Below are positions 35,110 to 44,474 of a stretch of DNA of 64,000 nucleotides, piece by piece; position 1 is the stretch's first letter; the number at the start of each line of letters is the position of its first letter. Made by a program: the position numbers and the translations under genes. The DNA is taken from the IMG/VR virus record IMGVR_UViG_3300045988_161200; one strand, written 5' to 3'. This DNA is from a virus. The notes beneath the pieces are model-generated. The model searched no databases. It was not told the origin of the DNA and worked only from the letters and a program-made list of their open reading frames with translations.

Positions 35110-36075
35110 ATTGGCAGTTCTCGATAATCTGCTGTTAGTAGCTCTGTCTGCGGACAACTGAGGTCAAAGTAGATATGCGTATCAAAATGGCTAAATCAAA
35201 TATGAAGTGAAACCAACACTCTTTAAATAAATGGTAAAAACGGAAAATATAAAACAATAATAAACTTGTTTGTAAGAAAGATGCTTGCATTTTCCCATTT
35301 TCACTACCGTTTGTGAAGTTTATTCGTCCAGTCGAGGGTGGAATGACGTTAAACTCTACCCTACCATAATGGTTCTGAGAAAATAATTATCAGAATTATG
35401 TTTGCAATAACCCCGATGAAAACGGTTGTCAACCTTTTGGGACATGATTATAATGAATGTTTATGGAACGATAGTTTTATAAGCAAGTCAACTTTGTATA
35501 TGAAAGTATGCAAGATGAGAGGGAAATCCTCAAATTTAGTTGTGGTGCTAAGAGTTATCGCTTCAAAATGCACAGAGCTTATCGCTGTGGTAATAGACGC
35601 TTCTGTGAAGAATAAGCCTTATACTAACGAGTGGTATCGCAAAGTCACTAAGGTAATCCAAATCAACACAGTCTGTTTTGATGCTTGAGAAATCAGGCTA
35701 TAAGGTAAGTCGCTGGTAAAAGTAGCCATATGACAGTATTGGGAACAAATCTTTTCTTTTTTGATGATTTTTTAAAAAAATTTCAAATGCTGAATGACTG
35801 GTGAAATTTGTGTATAACCAATTACACACAAGCTTTGAGAGAAATCTACGGTAAGAAGCTATGGGGTCGCTACCTATAGTTCAGCCTTATCGTCTTGGTG
35901 GCTGAAAATTGAAGAAGATAATGGAGGTACGGCGAAGGTCGTATTGCAGGCATAATTGTGGGAATTGTTTTTCTTACTGAAAACAAATAAAAATATCCCG
36001 TTCTGTGTTGGTGTACAAAACGAGATATATGATAAATGCTTGAGATAATCACGAATAAACAATACTGAAAGGATA
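35110..36075 (+). ncRNA. candidate large structured RNA (about 1 kb without credible ORFs)
   Basis: No ORF has an RBS. GC is visibly higher than in the flanks. There are many local helices, e.g. TTCTGA/TCAGAA at 35371, CACAG/CTGTG at 35571, CAGCC/GGCTG at 35882 and ATATCCCGTT/AACGAGATAT at 35992. It sits directly after a tRNA. Confidence 0.35.
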
Positions 36076-36081
36076 GTTATA

Positions 36082-36384
36082 ATGCTTGAAGTTTTACAAT
36101 ATATTTTTAGTAGTTTTTGGATATGGTTGGGGTTTACGATAATAATCCTTATACCCTTTTCAGCTCTAAAAGAGCCTATTATTAGAATATCACACGGTAT
36201 CGGAGGAATACTCAATCATAAAACTGAATGTTACCGTTTGGCAAGAGAACTCATTTTAAAAAACGATGAGTGGAATACTATACAAAAAATAAGCTATATG
36301 TATCAAATAAGAACAAAAAAGGGATTTGACAGTTTTATAGAGGAACATCTGACTTCCAAATATGTTGATAGTCTCTTTAAATAA
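36082..36384 (+). CDS. hypothetical membrane protein
   Basis: 100 aa with an N-terminal transmembrane segment. AAAGGA RBS. Confidence 0.55.
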   Translation: MLEVLQYIFSSFWIWLGFTIIILIPFSALKEPIIRISHGIGGILNHKTECYRLARELILKNDEWNTIQKISYMYQIRTKKGFDSFIEEHLTSKYVDSLFK

Positions 36385-36387
36385 AAA

Positions 36388-37260
36388 TTACTCCTCAACA
36401 TGATAACCATTTTTCTTATAGTATTCTGATATTTTAGAGATTAATAAAGGGTCTTTTTTATCTGACATACCTTCATGAAGTATTTTAACAAGTTCTTCGC
36501 CACAAGAAGTATATGTAACTACACCAATACGTATTTCCCCATCACTTGAAACGATATTAATTTTTTTACCATAATAATTCATTATTAATAAATCTGCTTT
36601 TTTATATAATATGGTGCCTACCGAGGAATTGTAATTTATCAATCCTAAGCTCGAACAATTTGTTAAGTATTCATAATTGATATATTTATCATCATAAACT
36701 TCCAACTCATCTTTTGTAACATCTGGATACAAAAAAATAGGAGAATATTCCTTATCTGCAGGATTAAAACACATTACTGAGTGTGAACATAAGTACGAAA
36801 AATATTCAGCATCTTTTGAGTTCATAACTTGAAGGACTTGAAGGAGCTTTTTACTAATCGAATTTTCATCTTCACATTTCGATGCAAGAATTTTTGCCCA
36901 AACAGTTTGCATATCTTGGTTAGATACATTTTTAGATATATCATCATACATTCCAAGCCATTCGTCATCAACTGTTGGAAGTAATTTTTCTAACGATTTT
37001 CCTTTACCACCAAGCATTGAATTTGCAATATTATAAATATTTGCATTGTTCATAATCTCCTTTTTAATTTTGTTCAAATTACGCATTATGACATACTTTT
37101 CCATAGGATTCGTGTTTGGATCATGCTCTATTTCATCAAGTAACAATTTATTGGCTCTATATGTTGGACTAGCAGATAAAAGTTTATCAATGAAACCACT
37201 TCCTTCTTTTGCAACATTAAGTGCTTTTTCTGCCACTTCTAAGCCATCTTTAACTGACAT
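36388..37260 (-). CDS. DUF2806-like protein
   Basis: DDEWLGMYDDISKNVSNQDMQTVWAKILA resembles the DUF2806 signature as recalled from memory. Confidence 0.55.
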   Translation of the reverse strand: MSVKDGLEVAEKALNVAKEGSGFIDKLLSASPTYRANKLLLDEIEHDPNTNPMEKYVIMRNLNKIKKEIMNNANIYNIANSMLGGKGKSLEKLLPTVDDEWLGMYDDISKNVSNQDMQTVWAKILASKCEDENSISKKLLQVLQVMNSKDAEYFSYLCSHSVMCFNPADKEYSPIFLYPDVTKDELEVYDDKYINYEYLTNCSSLGLINYNSSVGTILYKKADLLIMNYYGKKINIVSSDGEIRIGVVTYTSCGEELVKILHEGMSDKKDPLLISKISEYYKKNGYHVEE

Positions 37261-37653
37261 AAATATTTCATCCTTTCAATGTAATAAATCTTAAGTTTTT
37301 ATATCGTATAAAAATCGTGATTGTTTATATACAAGTTATTAGTAATTAAGTTATTTATAGCATATCACTTTTGTATAATAATTACAATAGTTTTCACAAA
37401 TTAGTAATGTAGAAAAATCTGCAGATAATTTATTGAGATATTACAAAATAGACATTTTTAGGTTTTTAAATATAGTTGTAGGGATTAAGCTGACAATTTT
37501 TAAGTCTTATAAATATATGTTTGTTTTAGGGTAATGGCTTAAAACAGATACTATAATAAAAAGATAAATTGGAATGATTAACCAGTCGAAAAAGTTTATT
37601 ACATTTACTGCTATTTAATACAATTAATTATAATCAGAGAGGAGATGTTAATA

Positions 37654-38640
37654 ATGGCTGAAATGAGTAAAAAGATTCGTGTTTATGATAAAAAGATACT
37701 CAGTGAAATAAATCCTGAAACAATAAAACTTTGGAATAAATATAAGATAGATATGTCTCTTAGAGAATTATCAGAAAAGACTATTGCTGGTTATAAAAAT
37801 GACTTAGAACATTGGTGGATTTATATTTATAAAAATCAAGGAAATCAGTCTGTTACTGAATTAACAGAAGATGATATTACTGAATTTCTTTATTTCTGTA
37901 AGACACAGGGCAATAATTCAAGACGTATGAAACGTAGAATGGCTTCCATTTCTGCATTTTATAAATATCTCCGTAAAAAGAAACTTATAGCTGAAAATCC
38001 CACTGAGTTTTTAGACAGACCTAAGAAAGATACAGATGTTATAACTCAGACATTTTTAACTCTTGAACAAGTTCAGCAGATGAGAGAAATTTTACAATCT
38101 TTAGTTGATAATGCTGAAACAAATAACAGAAAGCATAGAGCATTGCAGTATCAATGTTATGCTCTATTTTCTTTGTCTACAATGGCAAGAGTCAATGCCG
38201 TATGCAATACTCGTTGGGAACAGATTGATTTTAACGAAAGAACCGTAAATGATGTTCTTGAAAAAGAAGGTTATATTGTAACTTTGTATTTTTCTGAAGA
38301 AGTTAAAGGCTTACTTGAAAATCTTATGGCTTATCGCAAAGAAAACAACATTGATGATAATGGATATGTATTTGTTTCTTTTGTAGATGGTAAGTATGAT
38401 AAGACTGCAAACAGTACATTAACCGAATGGTGTCATACCATTGGTAAAATGTTTAGTGTTCCAACACTACATCCACATGATTATAGACACAGCGGGGCTA
38501 CGCTATATAAAAATGCTGGAATGTCTCTTGAAGATGTGTCAGCACTTCTTAATCATACAGGAACAGATGTTACAAGAAAATTTTATATTAGAGTTGATAA
38601 GAAAAAGATAAGTCAGAATAAAGATAGATTTGACTTCTGA
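37654..38640 (+). CDS. tyrosine recombinase/integrase (XerC/D-like)
   Basis: ARVNAVCNTRWEQIDF (R), HPHDYRHSGAT (HxxR) and LNHTGTDVTRKFY (H...Y). GAGAGGAG RBS. Confidence 0.85.
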   Translation: MAEMSKKIRVYDKKILSEINPETIKLWNKYKIDMSLRELSEKTIAGYKNDLEHWWIYIYKNQGNQSVTELTEDDITEFLYFCKTQGNNSRRMKRRMASISAFYKYLRKKKLIAENPTEFLDRPKKDTDVITQTFLTLEQVQQMREILQSLVDNAETNNRKHRALQYQCYALFSLSTMARVNAVCNTRWEQIDFNERTVNDVLEKEGYIVTLYFSEEVKGLLENLMAYRKENNIDDNGYVFVSFVDGKYDKTANSTLTEWCHTIGKMFSVPTLHPHDYRHSGATLYKNAGMSLEDVSALLNHTGTDVTRKFYIRVDKKKISQNKDRFDF

Positions 38641-38830
38641 TATAAAATAACATCGTCTCACAGCAGACACCTTAAAAGACATAGTGGTTTACCCACACAA
38701 TACAAAACAAAATGTCGGAATAGAGACTATAAACCTATTCCATTGTAGAAGGATACTACTAAAAACCGTAAAGGTTACTGCACCTAAAGCAGTTTTATAT
38801 AGGGGTTACGGAAACCGTCTAAAAACCGAG

Positions 38831-38866
38831 AAAGCACCATTCATCACAAAATGGTGCTTTTATTAT
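38831..38866 (+). terminator. intrinsic terminator
   Basis: AAAGCACCATT...AATGGTGCTTT followed by TATTAT. Confidence 0.65.
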
Positions 38867-39019
38867 GCCTTGATTTACCGTGTTAGGTGATAAAGGTATC
38901 CAACAATACAAAGACTTACAGAGTTGCAAACTGTAAGTTTGAGGGTAATATGACTCCACTACCCTCTTTTTTGTATTTATTTATAGATAAAGAAATGGAG
39001 TCGAGATTGGAGTCAAAAT

Positions 39020-39937
39020 ATGAGTAAGGTAAGAGATTTAACAGGTCAAAAATATAATAAACTAACTGTTATTAAAAGAACAGAATCAAGAATAACTAAA
39101 AGCGGTAATAAAATAACACAATGGTTGTGTCAATGTGATTGTGGCAATATGACTGTTGTTGATAGTAATAAAATAACAAGTGGTCGCACTAAATCTTGTG
39201 GCTGTGAAAAAAATAATATTGGTGACAAATTAAGAAAAGATTTAACTGGTAAAAAATTCGGAAAACTTACAGCTATTAAAATTAACAAAGTTGAAAATCA
39301 TATTACTTGGTGGGAGTGTAAGTGCGAGTGTGGTAATAATACTGTTGTACAAGCTTCACAACTGATATGTAGCAATACTAAATCTTGTGGTTGTTTATCT
39401 AAAGAAATCGCAAGCCAAACACATTTAAAAGACTTAACAGGTATGAAATTTAATATGCTTACAGTTTTATCAAGAGCTAAAAAACATGGAACTAAAACAA
39501 GATGGAAATGTGTTTGTGATTGTGGTAATGAATGTGTTTGTTATTCAGATGTTTTACTAAATGCAAATCAAATTTCATGTGGATGCTCTTCCTTATCAAA
39601 GGGAGAAATTCAGATTGAAAAATATTTAAATTTACATAATATTAAATATGAAAGGCAAAAGAAATTTGATGATTTACGAGGCATTGGTAACGGAAATTTA
39701 TCTTATGATTTTTATTTACCACAATATAATATGTTGTGTGAGTTTCAAGGTTTACAACATAGGCAAAAAACAGGTTATTTCGGTGGTGAAGAAAAATTTG
39801 TAAGGCAAATAGAACATGACCGCAGAAAAAGAGAATATGCTGAAAACAATGGTTATAAGTTGCTTGAAATTTGGTATCAAGATTATAAGAATATAGATAA
39901 AATACTTAATAATGAATTACAAAAGGAGGTGGTTTGA
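39020..39937 (+). CDS. free-standing homing-endonuclease-like protein (3 Zn-module repeats plus PD-(D/E)xK/Vsr-like nuclease)
   Basis: Three repeats of LTG.K(F/Y).KLT(V/A)...W.C.CDCGN...SCGC. C-terminus has LCEFQGLQH...DRRKREY...LLEIWY. Confidence 0.65.
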   Translation: MSKVRDLTGQKYNKLTVIKRTESRITKSGNKITQWLCQCDCGNMTVVDSNKITSGRTKSCGCEKNNIGDKLRKDLTGKKFGKLTAIKINKVENHITWWECKCECGNNTVVQASQLICSNTKSCGCLSKEIASQTHLKDLTGMKFNMLTVLSRAKKHGTKTRWKCVCDCGNECVCYSDVLLNANQISCGCSSLSKGEIQIEKYLNLHNIKYERQKKFDDLRGIGNGNLSYDFYLPQYNMLCEFQGLQHRQKTGYFGGEEKFVRQIEHDRRKREYAENNGYKLLEIWYQDYKNIDKILNNELQKEVV

Positions 39938-41019
39938 TGCCACAAAAGAAACGTGCCAAACCGCCTGTTGGTAAAAAAGTTTGTATTGAATGTGGAAAAG
40001 AAAAAAATCTTTCTTGCTTCTATACAACAACAAATCCTATGGTATCAAATGATGGTAAGACAGTAAATATATGCAAAACGTGTGTAAAAAATGGTTCATA
40101 TAATCCAGATGGTTCATTAAATGTTGAACTGTTTAAACAGAAATTAATGTTAATGGATAAACCGTATGTATCAACAGCATTAGAATCTGCTATTAAAGAA
40201 GTAAACAAGTCTTTAGAGCTTGGCAAGGGTAGAACCGATGTTATTGGCTGTTATTTTAAAAATGTTTCCACCCTTCCTCAATATTCAAAACTATCATTTC
40301 TTGAATCCTTGAATCTCGAAAAGCAAGGGAAAGATATTAGGGATGCTGTTACAACTACTGAAAAAAGGAGCAGAACAAGTAACGAGGTATATGTAAGACA
40401 AATTGATGATTTTGTTGTTACTGACGAAATGCTTGACCTTTTCGGAGAGGGGTACACAAAAGCCGAATATAGGTTAATGACTAAAAAGTTTGAGAAGCTG
40501 AAGCAAACCTATATTATTCAGACCAATCTTCACGAGGAAGCACTGGCTACCTATGTAAGATTCAAAGTTAAAGAAGAACAGGCTACGGCACAAGGGGACG
40601 TAGGAGGTGCCGAGAAGTGGAACAAAGCTGCACAGGAAGCAGCAGATAAAGCAAAGTTATCTCCTAAACAATTAACAAAAAGTGATTTACAAGGTGGTCT
40701 GAATAGTTTTTCTGAGTTACTTATGGCTGTTGAACAAGCTGTTGATGTTATTCCTATTTTGCCATCTTTTAAATTCAGACCTAATGATGCAATAGATTTT
40801 AACATCTGGTGTATGATAAATTATCTTCGTGACCTTGAAGGTAAACCATTGTGTGAATATGAAGATGTTTATAAATTTTATGATGAACGTAAAAAGGCAT
40901 ATGTTGAACAGTATGGCGATCCTTATGGGATATTTACAAAGGATACAACTGAGGATAATCGTGAAGCAATAAAAAGATTTATAAAATTGCCAAAGGATTA
41001 TGGTGATGACGATGAATAA
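39937..41019 (+). CDS. putative terminase small subunit, by position
   Basis: Immediately upstream of and overlapping terL. N-terminal CIECG...CKTC zinc ribbon. Confidence 0.45.
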   Translation: MPQKKRAKPPVGKKVCIECGKEKNLSCFYTTTNPMVSNDGKTVNICKTCVKNGSYNPDGSLNVELFKQKLMLMDKPYVSTALESAIKEVNKSLELGKGRTDVIGCYFKNVSTLPQYSKLSFLESLNLEKQGKDIRDAVTTTEKRSRTSNEVYVRQIDDFVVTDEMLDLFGEGYTKAEYRLMTKKFEKLKQTYIIQTNLHEEALATYVRFKVKEEQATAQGDVGGAEKWNKAAQEAADKAKLSPKQLTKSDLQGGLNSFSELLMAVEQAVDVIPILPSFKFRPNDAIDFNIWCMINYLRDLEGKPLCEYEDVYKFYDERKKAYVEQYGDPYGIFTKDTTEDNREAIKRFIKLPKDYGDDDE

Positions 41020-42691
41020 GAGTAAAAATGATATTGATAATGCTCCCAAACTTAATGTTTCACCTATTGAGAAAAATCTTGATAAATGGATAGAGTTTTC
41101 AAGTTGGATGATTTGGTATCCAGATTTATTTTTAGATTTGCTGCGTCCTAAAGAGGGCGGTATTACGTTGCACCCAGATCAAAGAATATTTCTAAGATGT
41201 GCTACAAGATTTTTTTCTATTTATGGTTGTTTTCCTCGTGGCTGGGGCAAGACTTGGGATGAGGTAGCTTCCTTATTTATAATTGCAATTAGATACCCTA
41301 ATATTGAATTATCATTAACGGCTCAAACAAAAGATAACGCTGCTGAATTGTTAAAAGATAAAGCTCAAGAACTGCTCCGACAATACCCTTTGCTTAATAA
41401 TGAAATTTCAGGGAAAGTAAAATTTCAAAAGGGAGATGCAGAAATAAATTTTAAAAACGGTGCTAAAATTGATGTTCTTGCAAATTCACAAAATAGTAAA
41501 GGTCAAAGAAGAAAACGCATTAATATAGAAGAATCAGCATTATTAAATGCAGAATTGTTTGACGATGCTTTAAAACCTATTGTTGAGGTATCACGATATA
41601 CTTGTGGCAAATTAGCATTGATAAACCCAGAAGAACTTAATCAGCAAATTCATTATTTTACCACTCCCGGATGGAGAGGTTCTGATGAGTATAATAGAAA
41701 TATTCAGATGATAAGGAATATGATAAATCTTAAAGGCGAAATGGTTTTAGGTGCTGATTGGCGTTTAGGTAGTTGGTATGGAAGAGGTTCTTCAAAAAGT
41801 CAAATACTTGAAAAAAAGAAAACTATGTCACCTACTGCTTTTGCACAGAACTATGGTGGAAAATGGACTGGTAGTAGCGATAGTGCTTTAATTAACGTAA
41901 ATAGATTTTTAAACTCCAGAGTTCTTACCAAAGCTGAATTAAAAACATCTAATTTTTCTGATGAATATTACATTGGTGTCGATGTTGCACGTTCTCAAAA
42001 TTCAAATAACAATCAATCATCTGTTTGCGTAGGAAAAGTTATTCGAGATACTGATACAAACAAAATACTATCTGTTGATATAGTTAATGTTATGAATGTA
42101 TCTAATACTATTAATTTTACAGGACAAGCAATTATTATAAAAAAACTGAAAGAGGCTTATAACGCACGAGCTGTTGTAGTCGATGGCAATGGACTTGGTG
42201 CAGGTTTAGTTGATGAAATGCTAAAAACGAATATAGACCCAAACACGCAGAAGAAATATCCTTGTTGGGATACTATAAATACTGATAATAAACCTGAAAC
42301 TAATAATGCTGAAAAATGTGTCTATGATTTAAAAGCACAATCGGCGCAGACTCGTATTATAACAAATTTTATAGATATGATTGATGCAGGTAAGATACGA
42401 TTACTTGAAAAGAGAAATATTACGTCTAACTATGATAACCTTGAAAGTGATGTATTGCCGTTTGTTCAAACAGATTTACTTTTTGAAGAAGTCAATAATC
42501 TAAAAATTAAATATTTACCAAGCGGAGCATTAACAGTTGAAAAAGTTGTAAATAAATTAAACAAAGACCGATATTCAGCACTTGTTTATCTATTATGGTT
42601 TATTATGGAATTTTATAATAAGCCAAAAGAAAAAAGCATTTTTACTCTTAACATATCTTCCCTCTCACGCCGACCAACAATAGCTCATTAA
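41000..42691 (+). CDS. terL: terminase large subunit
   Basis: GCFPRGWGKTW Walker A-like motif, a C-terminal nuclease-like region (GVDVARSQ) and position before the portal gene. The start may be 41012. Confidence 0.8.
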   Translation: MVMTMNKSKNDIDNAPKLNVSPIEKNLDKWIEFSSWMIWYPDLFLDLLRPKEGGITLHPDQRIFLRCATRFFSIYGCFPRGWGKTWDEVASLFIIAIRYPNIELSLTAQTKDNAAELLKDKAQELLRQYPLLNNEISGKVKFQKGDAEINFKNGAKIDVLANSQNSKGQRRKRINIEESALLNAELFDDALKPIVEVSRYTCGKLALINPEELNQQIHYFTTPGWRGSDEYNRNIQMIRNMINLKGEMVLGADWRLGSWYGRGSSKSQILEKKKTMSPTAFAQNYGGKWTGSSDSALINVNRFLNSRVLTKAELKTSNFSDEYYIGVDVARSQNSNNNQSSVCVGKVIRDTDTNKILSVDIVNVMNVSNTINFTGQAIIIKKLKEAYNARAVVVDGNGLGAGLVDEMLKTNIDPNTQKKYPCWDTINTDNKPETNNAEKCVYDLKAQSAQTRIITNFIDMIDAGKIRLLEKRNITSNYDNLESDVLPFVQTDLLFEEVNNLKIKYLPSGALTVEKVVNKLNKDRYSALVYLLWFIMEFYNKPKEKSIFTLNISSLSRRPTIAH

Positions 42692-42697
42692 CAGGAG

Positions 42698-44254
42698 GTG
42701 ATACTCATAGAAACAGAAAATACAAATTCAACCCCTACTTCCCTCTCCGATACCGCATCTCTCACAACGGCAAAAGAAAATATAGAGAATTTTCTCACAG
42801 GTAAAACCAAGACTTTTGATTATACTGAATTTGCAAGGATTGTAAAGAGTGAACTTAAATTCAATAATGCTTTCACGGAACATACTTGTATGGGTTTTTC
42901 TAAAAAAGAAATTATTGAAATGGCTCAAAATCCTGAAAGATATGGAAAACGTATTTTAAAACTCAGTGATTATATGTATCGCAAATCGGGATATTATAAA
43001 CGTCTTATTGATTATTTTGCTAATCAGGCAGTTCTAAGATATACGATTGATACTAAGCTTTACACGGACAAGCTTTCTGCCGAGAACAAGACCACTATAA
43101 AAAATAATTACATCAAATTCCTTGCTTTTGCAGATAGACTTAATCTCTCAAACGAGATACATAATATCACAAAGGCAATGTTTAAAAACGATGTGGTTTA
43201 TGCTTATGTAGATACAAATGGCATGAATAACACATACTATTATCTTGACCCTATGATATGTGAAATATCTTCACTTATTGATGGTAATGTATATGGTTTT
43301 TACATTCAGAAAAACAAGATAAGTAAGTCTAAGTTTATCACACTTCCTCCTGCTTTACAGGAATTACTTAATAAAAGCAATCCTCCTGACGGCAGAGTTA
43401 TTGTACCCTATGAAAATTCATTATGCTTGAAATATAATAATGATTTTGTAACTCCTTATCCCCCATTTCTTATGATGATAACTGATATTATGCTTATAGA
43501 TGAATATAAGGATTTAACAAAAGCACAGAGTATAAATGATGCTTATAAACTTCTTACGATGAAGATACCTACAAAGGACGGAGAAATTACATTAGATGAC
43601 GGGCTGATTACGGCTTTTACATCTGTTGTATTAGATACTGTTCAAAATAGTATCGGTGTTATCACTACTCCTTTTGACACGGCGACCGAGGAATTTTCAT
43701 CGAGTAATGCAGATGACAGAGATACTGTATCTGATGCTATTTCTTGGGCGTTCAAGAATGTTGGTGTATCGGAAGCGTTGATGAGCGGAGCTTCATCTGG
43801 TTCTGAATTAAAGTATTCTATTATCAATGATAGTGGTGATATATTCAGGATTTATCGTATGATTGAAAATTGGGTAATGCTACAGGCTAATCTGCACAAA
43901 TTCGTATATAACGATTATAGATTTGTTTATAAGATAATTGATATGACCATTTTCAATCAGCAAGATATAGCCGAGAAGGAATTATCTCTTGCACAGAATG
44001 GTATTCCTAATAAAATAAGACTTTGTGCTGTAAATAACATTTCCCCTGTTGAAATGCTTGGTAATAGTCTTATTGAAAATGAGTTGTTTGCTGATACATT
44101 CAGTAACTGGACTGTGCTTCAGACAAGTTATACACAAAGCAGTAGTTCTTCTGATGAAGGTGGAAGACCAACTATGGATGAAACTGATTTGAGTAAAAGC
44201 GGTGAGGTTACGGCAAATAATGATACCAACGATAAGGCTAATAGAGACTTTTGA
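42698..44254 (+). CDS. portal protein
   Basis: 518 aa, by size and position after terL. The annotated GTG is part of the GGAGGTG SD, and an in-frame ATA at 42707 has ideal spacing. Confidence 0.65.
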   Translation: MILIETENTNSTPTSLSDTASLTTAKENIENFLTGKTKTFDYTEFARIVKSELKFNNAFTEHTCMGFSKKEIIEMAQNPERYGKRILKLSDYMYRKSGYYKRLIDYFANQAVLRYTIDTKLYTDKLSAENKTTIKNNYIKFLAFADRLNLSNEIHNITKAMFKNDVVYAYVDTNGMNNTYYYLDPMICEISSLIDGNVYGFYIQKNKISKSKFITLPPALQELLNKSNPPDGRVIVPYENSLCLKYNNDFVTPYPPFLMMITDIMLIDEYKDLTKAQSINDAYKLLTMKIPTKDGEITLDDGLITAFTSVVLDTVQNSIGVITTPFDTATEEFSSSNADDRDTVSDAISWAFKNVGVSEALMSGASSGSELKYSIINDSGDIFRIYRMIENWVMLQANLHKFVYNDYRFVYKIIDMTIFNQQDIAEKELSLAQNGIPNKIRLCAVNNISPVEMLGNSLIENELFADTFSNWTVLQTSYTQSSSSSDEGGRPTMDETDLSKSGEVTANNDTNDKANRDF

Positions 44255-44266
44255 GGTGGTGACGAT

Positions 44267-44455
44267 ATGAATATTGTTTGTATACTTGATAAAGGCAAAG
44301 CTGATATATTGAAGTCGAAAGGTTTTGATTATCAGATTGCGATAATTGATAACAAAACAGTATATAAGTTTGTAAATACTCCTGAATTAGAATGTTACTT
44401 GAACAGTAATTTTTCTAATCAGGAGTATTTTAATGTACCTTATATGAATTTTTAA
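44267..44455 (+). CDS. hypothetical protein
   Basis: 62 aa with a GAGGTGG RBS. Confidence 0.55.
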   Translation: MNIVCILDKGKADILKSKGFDYQIAIIDNKTVYKFVNTPELECYLNSNFSNQEYFNVPYMNF

Positions 44456-44474
44456 AGAAAGGCGGTGAAATTGA

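Noticed and set aside
35398-35688. 96-aa plus-strand ORF, and the 113-aa and 60-aa minus-strand ORFs at 35870-36215
   Set aside because: They have no RBS, mutually inconsistent frames and atypical amino-acid composition. They sit inside the candidate structured-RNA region.
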